Assembly (NCBI GenBank): GCA_000708835.1
Contig: DF237709.1
Span: 1 to 35,589, forward strand
From: Klebsormidium nitens
Taxonomy: Eukaryota; Plantae; Klebsormidiophyceae
Direction: 5' to 3'
Length of the DNA stretch: 35,589 nt
Below are positions 10,353 through 23,500 of the stretch, in pieces; positions within the stretch are counted from its first letter, which is position 1; every line of letters starts with the position of its first letter. The notes beneath the pieces are model-generated. The model worked only from the letters and a program-made list of their open reading frames with translations, was not told where the DNA came from and ran no database searches. The position numbers were made by a program, and so were the translations under genes.

Positions 10353-13300
10353 CTGCAAACAAAAAGGGCGCTGGTTCGCTGCGTTGCGCATTTTTCTGCT
10401 CGCTCTGGTTCGCAGGTCAAGATGATGATTGCTCGAAGTTGAATGGTCTGTTTGTTGCAGCCAAATTAAACGACTCAATTTGGAACCCCATGGGATGCAA
10501 GCGGATGATCTCAGCATAAGCCAGTTCCAGATTGACTCACAATTGTTCTATTCGATTTATTCAATAGGGCCGGAGCTTAAATCCTGACAACTCTACATTG
10601 TGTGGTTCGGAAGCGGGGAGCCTGTTGTGCAAATGCGATCAAAGCAGTGGAGACTAGTGAATATGCCAATTTAACAGCGGGCGTCAATGAAGTCAGAGGT
10701 AGAGTCCGCCAGGCGGTTTGACGCAGACAGGTCAAAAGATCTAAGCTTCTCCCTCTCCAGCAGCCGGATTCTCCCAGTAGTTTCTAGAAAGGCAAGCATG
10801 TAGGAGCTCACACCCAACAGGAATCTGAAGACCGTAAAATCAGTGGGCCTTGAACTTCACTGCGCAACCAGCACAAAACGGGGACACTTGCCGAAGGGCA
10901 CAACAGAAGATTCATGGCTGTTCAATGCACAGGGGACCTAGAGCTTACTTCGTGAGGCCCTGCCATTGCTTTGGTGGTCAACTTCAGCAGAGCCCGGCTT
11001 CAGATACGCCCATCGATACAGGGCCTCGAAGGCTAACGCGTTAAAAATCGGACCCCAAAAATGTTGACACTTTGAGGACTGAGACTTTCTGCTGGCTTTT
11101 GAACGTATCGACACACAATAAAAGTAGCGCTTGAATGGTGCGCTTGGTTGCGTGACCTGCAGGCAATGAGCTTGATCAGAACCAGGCGGTAAATAGGATC
11201 TTCCATTTCAACAGGTTCTGTCACTTTTGGCGGTTACAGCATTGGCCGAATGCCACTTGAGCAACCTCTGTCTTGGACGGGCACCTTGCAAACTTATATC
11301 TTCTGAAAAGGGACACGAGCAGTGCATTATCTCACAAAAGCGGCTTATTTGGAAAGTGACGTAAAACTGCTAGATGCACTAAATATGGGCAGAGCGCAAA
11401 TAATGCTTTGGTGTATATTGAAAGGTCTGCCGCCTCTAGACCTGTGTGTACAGCTGATTGCTTTACGAGTCACAGTTCGCTGCTTATTCCATGACCATAG
11501 TGTTTCTGCGCAAGTCTTATGCTTGCCAAATGCCTATGCCATTCAGAAACCGTAGCTCTCTATGAATGGAACAAGTTCTTCGTATTACTTAGCCTGGCCC
11601 CAGGCTTTTGCGGTTTGATTTGGCCCCCACCATTGATCTCCAGCAATATACTGCCAGAAAGATTCAGGGATAGTGCCTATTTACAGAAGCAACTGCAGCT
11701 GTTGGCCCTAGTTACACGCTCGTCTAAGTAGAACATGTGGTGCTCGGACGGCAAGTTCCGGCAAAGGTGTGTCACCCTGTAGTTGGCTCACCTTCAGATA
11801 CGCCCGCTTCTATTCACCCAATCAATAGGTACGGTCCGTCCCCAACACAGGTTTAATGCGGACTCTCAAAAATCAGTCACGCATTTTCCTACAAAGGACC
11901 TTGCATGCATGTGGCTACGACCGGAGTCTTCGAACCCTAATCGCTCGGCGTCATTAGGTCTCCCTATCAAAGTATGGATTCTGATATATCTGCCGTTGAA
12001 AAGCCTTCGTAGCCTGAGACTTATGTTTCAATGATCAAATGAGAATGAGTTCAGCCTTCCACAACCTTTAAATTGGACAGCGCTCATCAAACCTGCCTCC
12101 CAGGCCTTCCTTTCACGCTCTGGCCCCTTGATCCTTAGCTAAGGACAGGAAGCCTCCTGTTGGACGCAATCATACACACTGTACAGATGCCGTCCCTTCT
12201 ACGTCATCCTTCTCGATCTCCCTAGGCTTCTTGTCGAGAGAGAAAGGTGTCCAAACTGTCACGTTCGGGGCAAGCAGAGCCGGGCGCCGCCGGCGCAGGC
12301 TAGTCCTAGTCGCAACCCGCTAGGTAAGCTTTGGACATCCTTTCTGCACGGCCAGGTGTCTACCTAAAAAATGTAGGGATAAACTTTAATAGTAATAAGG
12401 AACTTAAGGTACAGCAGTACGGGTGGGGTTAGCATGGTGGTTAGGGTGGGTTCGGGTGCGGAGCATGTCATTTTGTCCCTAGGGTTTTAGTGTTGGTTAA
12501 GCCGAGGAATTGAGTACTTTCAGTACCTAAGATGCTTATCGCTATTAACGTTTATGGTTATCTAAAAAATGCCCAAAGCTGCCAACGTTTATTACCGCAC
12601 CCAGATCGACCTTTTGTGTACTGTACAGTATTACACATTTGTCATTCTTGAAGTTTGGGTCACAGAGTCAGGCAGATACATCAGATTAAAACATGCAAGA
12701 CGTGCAACCAGCCGTCCAGACTTGAGCGCAAACCAGTCGGCGCTCAGCTCTAAGGCTGGCCTTTTCCGACCGTCGATGATTCTCGCAGAGGTTCGGAGAT
12801 TTCTTATAGCCGGGGTTCTGCGGCCGCGGCCCGACTCCCATGAACGATCGCGCACGTACCAACGCCAACTGATGGCATGCACGCGCTGACCGTACGTTCG
12901 CCGCCGGATCTCCGAGGGCGAGCTCGCTCTGCACATAGACACATACTTCTGATTATAATTATGGACATGGGACACTCTCGGAACATGCACTACGTTTACA
13001 GCGAGCCTCAACTCGCTTTTTTATCACGCACTCAGTCTTGCTAGCGCGGCGCCTTCTGGACAGGCTTCCGAGCCAGTCGATTTTTTGGCGGCGGTGCAGT
13101 GAGTCTGATAGCTTCTCCGGTGAGGCGGCTGTACACGGTTCGTGCGTGACGCGCGACGGTTAATTCGATCAATCATGACAATATTATAGTGCTGATTTTG
13201 TATATCGCATATTTCTGCTCAACATCAATCAAGTAGTACTTATGAAGGCGGCGGGCGCTAATGCGCCTACGATATAGTTGACCCTGACTGGCAAGTTTTC

Positions 13301-13756
13301 GGCCAGAACCAAGGTCAATCATGTGCGGGGTCGTGTCGCCACTCGTGACTTGATCAAATGTACTTGTGGCACTGATAACAGGGGAGGCTTTTCAATCTCG
13401 CAATGAGGTAATGTCGGGTGCGATGCGGCGGCCAGCAATCGAACACTGAATGCATCATGTAGCCGTGCTCGAGCAACATGTGAATGCCGTGCATGATTGC
13501 TGACGTCGGAGGTTGCATAAGCCTTGCCCGACTAGAGGCTAGGCGCCATGCCTGAAGTGGGAATTCAAAAAAGGAGACGCGCCAAATATAAATCAGGCGG
13601 GGAGTCCTGGAAAATCATGTTGAATGTTAAAACGCGGGCTGTCAACGGTTGAAGAATTGAGCGACGTCATCATGTGATATTGTTGTCAGAAAGTTGTCCT
13701 ATGCAGGTTGCGCAAGTCAGAGGGGCCAGCCGACCCTGAGGTCAGAGCTCTATGTG

Positions 13757-13798
13757 AAAGCCGGTTAGTGGCTGTCAAAAGCCGGTTAGTGGCTGTAA
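13757..13798. repeat. 21-bp tandem duplication
   Basis: aaagccggttagtggctgt(c/a)a twice. Confidence 0.95.
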
Positions 13799-14179
13799 AA
13801 AACAAGACGGGATAAATAAATTTCTTAGCTACAGTCACCTCTGCTGAGTGGGTCCGTGAGGGCGAATGATGGCGGGTTTTGTTGCACAGCTTCCGGTGCG
13901 GAACCCAAGCTAGTGAAATAAGTGTTGGCGTGCTTGTGGTGAGTGACATGTGTCTGTATGATGGGAACTTTTCCGCCTAGTGGGCTTTCGAGTTTGCCTA
14001 CTATTCTGGTCACAGACAACCAGTATTTACAAAATAAGTTCTCGCAATACCTCTAACTGCGTGTCGTACTCGAAGCAATGCGCTTACAAACTTGACCATT
14101 CGAATCCCCTGCGTTTCGCCCAAAATAGCGCTTATGCCACTACCTTCGGGGTAGATCCCAATATAACGGGGACAACTGC

Positions 14180-14577
14180 TCATACATTATGCGGCGCCTT
14201 GATTATCTCCTGCGGTTTATTCTCGTCCATGGTTTTGAACACAAACACCTGGTCGCCCGCATCGTGCAACCTCTGGCGCTTTCTCCGTATGGAAACCACG
14301 CAGCAAAGCCCGGCACAGCATAGCAGAAGCGCCGCAAGCGCAACGCCGAGCGACACTCCTAGCTTCACCGCCAAAGCGTTATCTTTTCCGTCATCGGCCG
14401 TCGGTTCTCCGATTAGAGGAGAGACCGTGTTGGTCTGAGAGGGTTGGTAGAAGGCAACTAGAGTGGGGGCGGCCGAAGTAGGTACAACGGCTGAGAAAGC
14501 GGTTAGCGGCTTTGCAGTTAGCGGTTGGGAGACGCTCTGCAGCGACCAAGCGGAGCCGTTCCAGGTGCGGATGTCGC
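14180..14577 (-). CDS. Giant gene probable terminal exon: GPS-like motif, TM helix, short tail
   Basis: cttgcag|.DIRTWNGSAWS...PLTAFSAVV...KLGVSLGVALAALLLCCAGLCCVVSIRRKRQR...APHNV*. The GTATGA overlapping the stop could instead be a donor. Confidence 0.8.
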
Positions 14578-17500
14578 CTGCAAGATGAGGTTATTGAGCC
14601 TCACCAATCAAACCAGAATCCTCGGTCACTGATTGAGAACGTATCGACAACGAATCTGCTTTCATTCCACGAGCCTACTGCGGCCCTTAGATATCATAGG
14701 ATAGTCTCACTCATCCGTTTCGAACACGATTACACGAGGCCATTCTCAAACTGCCGACAAAGTTCGACAGTCGATGTGCGTCCGAAGCGCATCCAGTCGG
14801 TCGATCCAGCTTCCTGTTGCAAGGAAAAACAAGGACCGGGGGCGTTCAGAGTTCCCTACCTGAAGTTACGGAATTCTGCAATTCTGAGACTGATGAGAGG
14901 TCGAGCACACTTAAGGGTCGAAGCAGTCAGATGGGTCGGTCGAGATCCTGCAATTTGCTGCTTACCTTGCGCGGGCCTCTTCAGGCTTAACGTAGCCTGG
15001 ACCTGGGTTACGATGGATGACCCGCCGTACGAAGCGTCGACCAGCAGGAGCGGCACAGCGATGTGGCTGGCACGAGAAGAGTCGAAAATCAGCCCACGCT
15101 CTAATACACACCAATCACGTTTCAATTCGACAGTACAAATCCAAAAGGCGTGGATTCAACGTAAAATCCTCATATCCGGAAAGCTAAACGTCAATCGCCC
15201 CCTTCGTAAGCAGTGTGAATAGAAAGAGTTGTAATTGCATTCTGTTCTTGTTTGCAAACGAGCTTAGCAGCTGAAGGGCGTTAGCAAGTACAGGACCTAT
15301 CCGTTCCTACTGAAACGGGTCTCGACGCTTGTCATTGGTTCGACAAGATAGCTGTGCTTTCCGGTATATAGACTAAGCTATGCACACACACGAAGCACAG
15401 CACACAAAAAAGTTATCCCTTTCAGAAGTTAAGACGAATCGTGAAGTTGGGCAAAAGCTCGGGGAATCGGGCGCTCGAAATGCTCAGCAAAACTTACGTG
15501 CGATCGAAGATCGAGTTCAGGCCAGCGTATGACGTCACCGTCACCGCCACCTGGCTCCCTGCGGGAAGGCTTAGATCGGACACGTTCATCGACACCGTCC
15601 AGGGGCCGACGATTGTCCGGTAATCGAACGGCTGTAGAGGAGCGGAGCCGATGACTGCACATAAGGAAGAAGCTTTCGATTGCCTTCGTTCTATAGAGAC
15701 TCTCGGGTCTCGCAGTTTCCTGGCCAGTATGTGCAGCTGGTAAACTGCTGCTAACTCCTCCTTCAGCCCACGTCGATGTCGTTCTAAAATCGACGGTGTC
15801 CGATCACGGCCTGGCTGACCACCTTGTTTTACGGAATGGTTACAAACAGTCAGCGCATATGCGCTCCAAACAACGTGCCGTTGGCACAGGGCGCCTCGTT
15901 CTGCCGGCCTGATGACTGATGAGACTGCGTGAGCAGATAAGTATGTCGTCAAGAAAGATGACAACACCCCTGTCGAGGAGATCTCCAAAGATCTTGTGCA
16001 TGAAGTCCACGAACAGCAGAATATGGGATCATCCTGTGTGCAGCTTGGCTATTCTGGAATTTGGAGATTATTATCCATTTCGAGGAGCCAGATGCCGAAA
16101 AGGATGGACTTACCATTTGCAGTTGTCATGCTGACATTGCCAGCTTGCAGCGCTCCCGGAAGCGGGGTCGCGCTCAGCCGGCCGCGGCCAATCAGAGTCG
16201 GCCACGTCAGCAAACCTGTCGCGTTGGCAGAAGCTGCGGAAGAGCCGGACGCGAGCAGGCTCGCCCAAAGTCTCAAATAGCACTGTGGAAAGAAAGGCGG
16301 AGAAGATAAATACCAGTTCATAGAGCCCATGCTAAGTGACAGCTGTCAACTTAGCGCCTTGATTAATAGGAGTATACGGTCAAAAAGGGCACAATCTATG
16401 TGACTGAAACTGAAATTGGACATCGTCCTTCGTTCTTGGTAAGCACATCCGTGCCGCGCGGATTGTCTGCCGACATGGAGAACTCGCTGTTGATGGAAGA
16501 AAAGCTGAAACGCTTCATTTATCGCAAAAGCTCGCGTCAGTCTCCGGATGGCGGTTTCAGAGCATTTATGCTAACAAAAAGGCGAACGAGAATCAGGAAG
16601 CTCATCACGATGGGTAGGGGTGACGCAACCTCACCCCTAGTCACTTATAAAACCTGCGGATCGAGGCAAGCCCAAGGGGCACAGATTAGATTATCAGCGG
16701 TCGAGGCAGGCCGCCAGATGCTGAGTCGCGTCTCCAGTCATAGATTTCAGGTTCCTTCAAGTTCAAATGCAACACAGTCGAAACTTTGTTGGTAGGAGTA
16801 TTCCTCACCTTGGCCGCTGTTTCCGACAAAGTAACTGCCGATTCCCCGTCCGAAACCTTCCTTAAACCCGGGTCGGAGATGTCGAACAGAGCGGCCGCGA
16901 CCGAAGGCGCAGCTCCCGCCAGCAAATCGTCGCTGGTTCCGGCAAGAGTGCACGCGAGCTGCTCGAGGGCGGAACTGGACGGAACGGCGGAATCTGGTAG
17001 AGACTGGACGGCAGCGAGGAGCTGCAAGGCCCAGGCTGCGGTGTCTGCACAAACAAGCGGAATCCGTTTAAGGTTGGAGCGCAACGACGGAATGGGGACT
17101 GAGGGGACGCGAGGAGTCGCACCGTCCAAGCTACCTTGTTTGCGGAATCCGTTCCTTAAGCGAAGCGGATCGTTTGAACGGCCGCCTTTTCCTGAATTGA
17201 AGTAGCTTCGAGCAGCTGCGAAATCCAAGTTGCGGTTTGCCCCAACAAGCGGGATCCGTTGTCAGTCGAAGCGGAATGACGGAACGGTGGCTTGAGATGC
17301 TGCAAGGAGCTGCGAGGGTGAAAGATTGCGAGGACGTTTGAGGTTTCAAGCTGCGGTGGTCGCACCAAAGAGCGGAAAAATGTGAGTAGCCAAGTTTCTG
17401 CAAGAATGAGCTCTCTCTTCAGATATGGGGAGTCAACAGATCGTGGAAGCATGGACGAAATTCATCCAGAGCTGGAGGCAACTTCAAATCAACCTGGCTC

Positions 17501-20500
17501 TCTAAAGTTCACGTCATCAAACGACAGCTTCTTACTTTTTGGTCAGGTGTAGCATTGCTCACCGTTTCTCGTGAAACCGCCACCGCTCAACCCGGCCACG
17601 AATCCGAGGGTTTGCAGGAGCCCGGTTAGGTCCGAACCCGCCACCGCCTGCCTGACGGCCGCGGTCACTGTTCTGGCGTCGGTTAAGTTCAAATCCAGCG
17701 GCGCTAACCCGTCCTTGACGGCCGGTAGAGTACCGCCGGGCACTGTTACAGGCTCCGGAGCAGTGTAAATCGCGCTGCTCCGGTCCGTACCGGTCACTCT
17801 AACCGAGACGAAGAACACCCCAGGCGGCAGCAGGACGGTGACACTTGTCGCCGCGGTGGCTGACGTCAGCGGCAGGGGATCGCCGCCCGCTGACGTCACG
17901 ATCGCCGGCCGGTAGGAGTAGACGTACGTCAGCGACGGGTCGGGGGCGTGGGTCAGCCAGCCAGAGGCGGTTAGAGCGAAGACGAAGCCCCGGGGGGATC
18001 CCCCGACAGGCGCGACTAAGAGTCCGCCGTTGAAGGGGGGTAACGGGCCCGGAATTACCACCCCCCCGGTTGTGAGCGAGGTTTGTCCGTGAACTGTGAC
18101 GGTGCAGAGGAACCGGGGCTTGCTGTAGGGGGCGAGGGCGGACTTTGGAAGGACCAATGAACGGCCGCCAGCTGTAAAGAGAGACCGTTTGAAGGCGAAC
18201 GGGGTTTGTCTATTTGTGAAACAACGATTTGCGTTTCTTAGGGTTTGATTGGTCGTTCAGCTTTACTTGCGACGGGCCAAGTGCAAATCAAGTGCGATGG
18301 GCCAGAACTCCAATTTTGAGCAGAGAACTACATCCGACGAACACCGGATCCGAAACCGCTTGCCTTGAAGTGCCGTGCTCCTCAACGTATCCGGAAAATC
18401 CGAATCGAGGTAGTTCACATGGTAAAAAGGGAAGCAATTGTGTTCGAAGGCCTTGATCGTCAACTATACTGCTCGTCCTTTCGCCTGCTTCAGCTCTATT
18501 GCGCTATCTTGTGTACTAGTTAGGAAGAAGACGTTATTTCAGCCGCACGACTACTAAAAGTCAGGTCAGGAACTGTTCTTACATGAAGTTGTGGAATATA
18601 TTGTTCGACGAGCTCGATCGCAAAGCAGTCTCCGACTTGGAAGCAAGGCTCTCAGTGGTAGTCGTTCTCTTTTGAGTCCCGATGGCAAAAGACTGGAGTG
18701 TGAAAGGCAGCGCAAACTGGGCAAACGAAGTCGTTGAAAGTTCAACCGGCGCAGCTTAGATTGAAGATATAATCTCCTCGAAACTTAAGAAATGCCCGCG
18801 GGTCACTTACATGTCGTTTTGTTCGCCAAATTACCCAGACTCCCGCCACTCGTCTGCTGCCACGTGTACTTCGCTCCGGCCACCTCCGTTCCATTCCTCT
18901 GAGCGGAACACTCCAGGACGGACGCTTCCGAACCGTCGAAAACCGCCACTTGAGCAGACGGCTGCCCAGCTTCGACGATGTAAACCATAGCACTCAGCTC
19001 CTGAGTTTCCACTGCGTTAACCGTAACCCCCCGGAGGGTCAGTGCCTCACGAGAAACTGCCACGTGGAAGAGGTACCCGCCCACTGGGAGCGCGCCAGCT
19101 GGCACAAGGAGAGTTTCGTTGCTGACCGTCAAGAGAGCCTGAACGGAATCCGGGCAGCTCACAACGGAACCGGACAGAACCTCGCAGCTCCAGGTGTAGC
19201 GGACAAGGGGAGTCGCCTCGGTTTGGACCGGGTTGAGGGATAGGTTTAGCGGCTGGTCTGCAGGGAGGGTTTGAATAACCCCTCTGCTAAACTGCAGCTC
19301 TGCTAAAGCGGGAAGTCCGACCATTACCTCCACTGTGTCTGAGACGGTTAGCTCTGGGTAACCGGGGGTTATCGCGGTTAACCGGATGCCGTAACCCGGA
19401 CCCGCTGCTAGAGTGCCCAAGGGAAGGGAAAGGGTGGGGGTCGTCTGAGCGGCTAGGAGGGAAGCGTTAAGAACCGGCCCTGAAAACTGGGTCCAGGTTA
19501 ACACTAACCGAGGCGGGTTCCCAAGAGTGCCATTGAACCCCGGGGTGGTGTTGAGGCAGGTTAGGTCTGGGAGCGCGATGGTCGACTCGATAACCAGGTT
19601 CCGGTTCGAGGCGACCACCTTCCGCCGGAATCCGCTAGGGCCCGGCGGAACGGAGATGGTGACGAGCGGAATGGGGGCGGCGCTCGAGATCATGGTCGTC
19701 GTAGCCACGCCGGAAGCGCCGAAGGGGTCGGTTACGCTAACCGAGAAGGTGTAAACCGCCCCAGGAACCAGGGTTCCGGCCGGAAGATGGACCACCGGTT
19801 GGGAGGAATCGTGGGCGGCAAAAAGGGCGACCACCGCCTCTGTATTCGCCTGGGACTGGACGCCGAAAACAAACGAAAGCGTCGGGTTGAAGGCCCCTCG
19901 CGCGCCAGAAGCGTCGAGGGTGAAGCCGTGGCAGACCCCCACGTTACCCGGGGCGGTTAGGGACGGGGTTAAGGAAGCCGGGGTGGTTAACTGAGTCGCC
20001 AGGATGGGGCATACAGTGCGCGGGAGAGAAGCCCCCACCCCGGTTATCGCCCCCGGAAGAAAGTCAAGCGCGTCAGAGCCGTTGAAAGCACCGAGAAGAC
20101 CGCTCGGTACATTAGCTCCGGTCACGATCCGTAGGGTCTTTTCATCTTTCCAAAAGCACGCCGCTCCCGCACCGAGCGCCGCCAGTTCGGGGGGGGCAAA
20201 AAGCCCGGCGCAGGACCCCCCCAAGGCGGAACCCAACAGCCCCTGCTGCGTCGCGCTGTCAAAGCTGACGATCAGACTAGAACCGGAAGCACCGGTGCTG
20301 ACGTCAGCGATCTGGACCGGCGCGGGCGGTCCGACGGTGACCGCGAAAGGGCTCCCTCGGACATCGGTTGAGTTGACGGCTACTCGCAAAACGTAGTTAC
20401 CGCTAACCGGGGGTGTAACTCCGAGGGACAACGTGTCCTCGACTTGGGGGTTAAGGATTCCCCCCTCGGCCGGCCCCCCTACGACGGAAACGGCCTCAGC

Positions 20501-23500
20501 CCCCTTTGGCGTGATTAACGTGACGTTGAAGCTGGAGAGATCCGCCGACGTTGGGTTACCAAACGCATCCCTCACGACCAAGGTTAGAGTAACCCGGTTC
20601 CCAACCAAGCTAACCGGGGACCCCATAAGATAAGTAGGCTCGGCTGCTGCGGCGCCCGGTACGACCTTAACCCGGGTTACGCTCCCAGGCACGACCAGAC
20701 CGGTGGAGTCGTCGGTTACGGCCAGATTATACAAACCGGGGGCGGTTACGACGAACCGACCCTGGTAGAAGTCGCCGCCACGTGGCGGAACGCTGGGGAA
20801 GCTCGCAGTAAACGCGCCACGTGTCAGGGTTACGGTGTAACCCAGATCAGGGCGCTGGTACGGGTTACCAAACTCGTCTGAAGCGAGGATGGGGAAAGTG
20901 GAGCTGACGCCAGCAGTGACGGTTTTGCTGACGTTTGCGACGGCGAGGTGGGCCGGGCTGAGGGGGCCTGTAAGGAGGCGACACGTGGCATGATGCTGGG
21001 GAAAAGTATCCCGCACATCGTTTTCGCTAAGGGACCTCCTTGTCATGTCGCTTCCACAAGACGTCCCTGAAAGGTACCCTCGACGCTCGTGTTCATGTAA
21101 GGACGCAAAGGCGATAGAAACGGACGGATTCGCGAGAATAAATCCTGGATTGGCTTTCGTGAAGCAGAACTCCGAAATTTCTACCTTCTGCATTGGGTCA
21201 TCGTAAGCAGTAACGGAATGTTAGCTCGATTTCGCAGGGGCCAAAAGTGGAGGCTCTCGACCAGCATGGTCCTGCAGAATGAAAATAACATCTACTATCG
21301 ACTCAAGCGAGCGACAACACTGAATAAAGAAAGGGGACAGCTTTGGACGTCATTGTCTAGTTTCTCGGCTGAATTTTGGCGGCTTTCGCCTTTTCTGTAC
21401 TGTGGGGCGCAGAATCTGTTTACGTTCCCAGGTTCCCAAGCATTGCAGTCTACTTTGACAGCCACGAAGATAAGCGGATGAAGTGTTGAGAAGGCACGGT
21501 CTTTTGAAAGATTGACGCACTTGCCCAGACACAGCTTTCAAGCATAGAGCCAAGGCAGACTGAACATATCGAGTCGACCAGGCCGACCGGGCACAGTACC
21601 CGTTTGTAATTCTCTGCGTTCAAATTGATAGCGCCGACTTAAAGCTGACAAATGCAGTTGCATCCACGAAGTAGAAGCTCACCGCTGACAATTGTGACGT
21701 TCTGTTGTGCGAGAGTGGCACCCTGTGACGTCACCCGCAGCAGGAAGGTTCCTGCCAGCGTCGACAGGACCGCACCCCGGTACGAACCATCGGGTGACGC
21801 TGTCGGGACGTCAGCAGAGGGCTGCAGGAGGACGAGTCTGATCAGGGCGCTTGAAGTCCAAACATCACGGAGCGTGCATTTGCGATTTTGATCTCGCCCA
21901 ACTGACTTGCGACAGCTTTTCTGAAGCAGTGAAGGCTCTCATAACCCTATCGCAGGGTTCCGAAGATGCTAGTCTCCCATCTACAGTTGGAACGTTCTCG
22001 AAGCTGGCTGATTCACCGTTACATGTTACTAGCCAATCAAGGAATCCGTGCAGGTTGACTGAAGATCAAGTCTGCCGTTGTATCTTTTACGATCACAGAA
22101 GCGAAAGCAGATTAGACGGCCTCACATCAACCCGTTTCGCATACTAAGTCAAGAGCAGTGATTTGAGCAATTTGTGATAATGGGGGATCAGGCAAAGGGG
22201 GCCTCGGCACAATCCTGAGGGCAAAACGATGGCGAATCAGGCAAAGATAAGCTGACGATACAAAGTGAAAGCCGCAAGAATGCCTGAATGTAATTCGGGC
22301 ACGACCGAAGTGTAAGCGGCACTTGGTAGCATGTCTCCAATCTCGGCATCTGACCGTCGCTAATAAAAATCTCCACATCGTTCCATACTCAGCGCCTTGG
22401 AGAGAAGCTAAACAAGGTTTGAAGCCGAGAGCCTCAACCGAAAAGGCTGCTTACCGGCGCCATGTCAGGGGGAGTTGTCTGCACGAATTGAACCGTCAGC
22501 GGATCCGGGCCGTCGAGAGTGGCGTTCCGCAGGTTTCCGTTGCCGTCGTACAGCCGCACGGTGTAGGCCAGCGGCATTCCGGCGGTCCCTTCCGCTGACG
22601 CCAGAAGGACCGTTGATGACGGATCGAGCGGGCCTGCGGGAAAAAGTAATGTTCTCTCCCCTGGCCTTACGTTCGTTTGATGAAAGCAGTGTCGTGTGGA
22701 CAGAAGCTCAGGGGGTCGACGGCGCCTTTTTAATCCGCTTACAGGTGTCAAGTAGGAAAGATCATTCGGTTAATTAGAGTTCTCTTGTGGTTTGTCCCAT
22801 CCGCTGCAAAATCAAAGGTTTCCATAAAAACGTCGTCAATCTTTTCCTTGTTGTTAGCTGAAAGCATTCCGACTTACAGCAATAGTCGGGATGTACAAAC
22901 TTCGTGTCGCAAGGACGACCAGACAACGATCACAAAGGACCGGTTTCCCGTATATGGTTTTAGGAATCTGAAACCTTGCGACTTGGACTCACCTGGAGGG
23001 ACCTCAAGTGTAAAGTTCTTAACCGCCCCGCCATTAACCGCGTAGCTAACCCCATAGCGCCCCGCCCGCCGCACGCTTATACTCACACCCACGGCCGTCC
23101 GCCCGGAGTCGTTTCCAGCCGTCTGAACAATGAAATCCGCCGGACCCAGACCGGCCACGTGGCACTCCACCGTGAACGGAGCTGGGGAGAAGGGAACGTC
23201 ACGCGACTGGGCGTCTCTTGCCACGATAAACAGCCTGGTAGGACCAGAACCGACTGGTAGGCCGACAAGAATATCGGTTATATCCTGCCCGGTAGAATCA
23301 ACCGCCACAGACGTGGACGTATTCACATTGCTGGCAGAAGCCCAGACGGTAAGGCTGACGGGCGCCGATGTGAACGCCTTCCCGTCAGAGTTGACCGACG
23401 CCGCCAGGGTGACGTTTCCGCTCGTTTCGGGGGGGAGAAAATCCACCCGGACCAGCCCCCCCGGAAGAGGAAGAACGGTCGCGTTACCAGTAACGGTGGC

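Noticed and set aside
9700-12500. TTAGGG/TTTTAG-like motifs near 9733, 12421-12426 region and 12480
   Set aside because: These are isolated units in G-rich intronic stretches, not tandem telomeric arrays.
12180-12934. GC-rich candidate 5' exons of the coiled-coil gene (e.g. ORF 12686-12934; SLRRRRPALLAPN...DVEGTASVQC)
   Set aside because: I could not build a stop-free, phase-consistent chain with a start codon. They may be UTR exons and are left unannotated.
13686-14438. ORFs 13686-13949 (-) and 13980-14438 (+)
   Set aside because: No domain signal. They lie in the probable 3' UTR or antisense to the TM exon, and the internal TATNRL repeat comes from the 21-bp DNA duplication.
15655-15924. 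In-frame upstream AG at 15925 that would extend exon 15498-15654 by 90 aa
   Set aside because: The extension's composition does not resemble the flanking protein, and the downstream acceptor has a good pyrimidine tract.
18803-21193. Calling the gene filamin (FLN) or PKD1 by symbol
   Set aside because: No actin-binding CH domain is visible and the 11-TM/PLAT region of PKD1 is absent, so orthology cannot be supported from this window.
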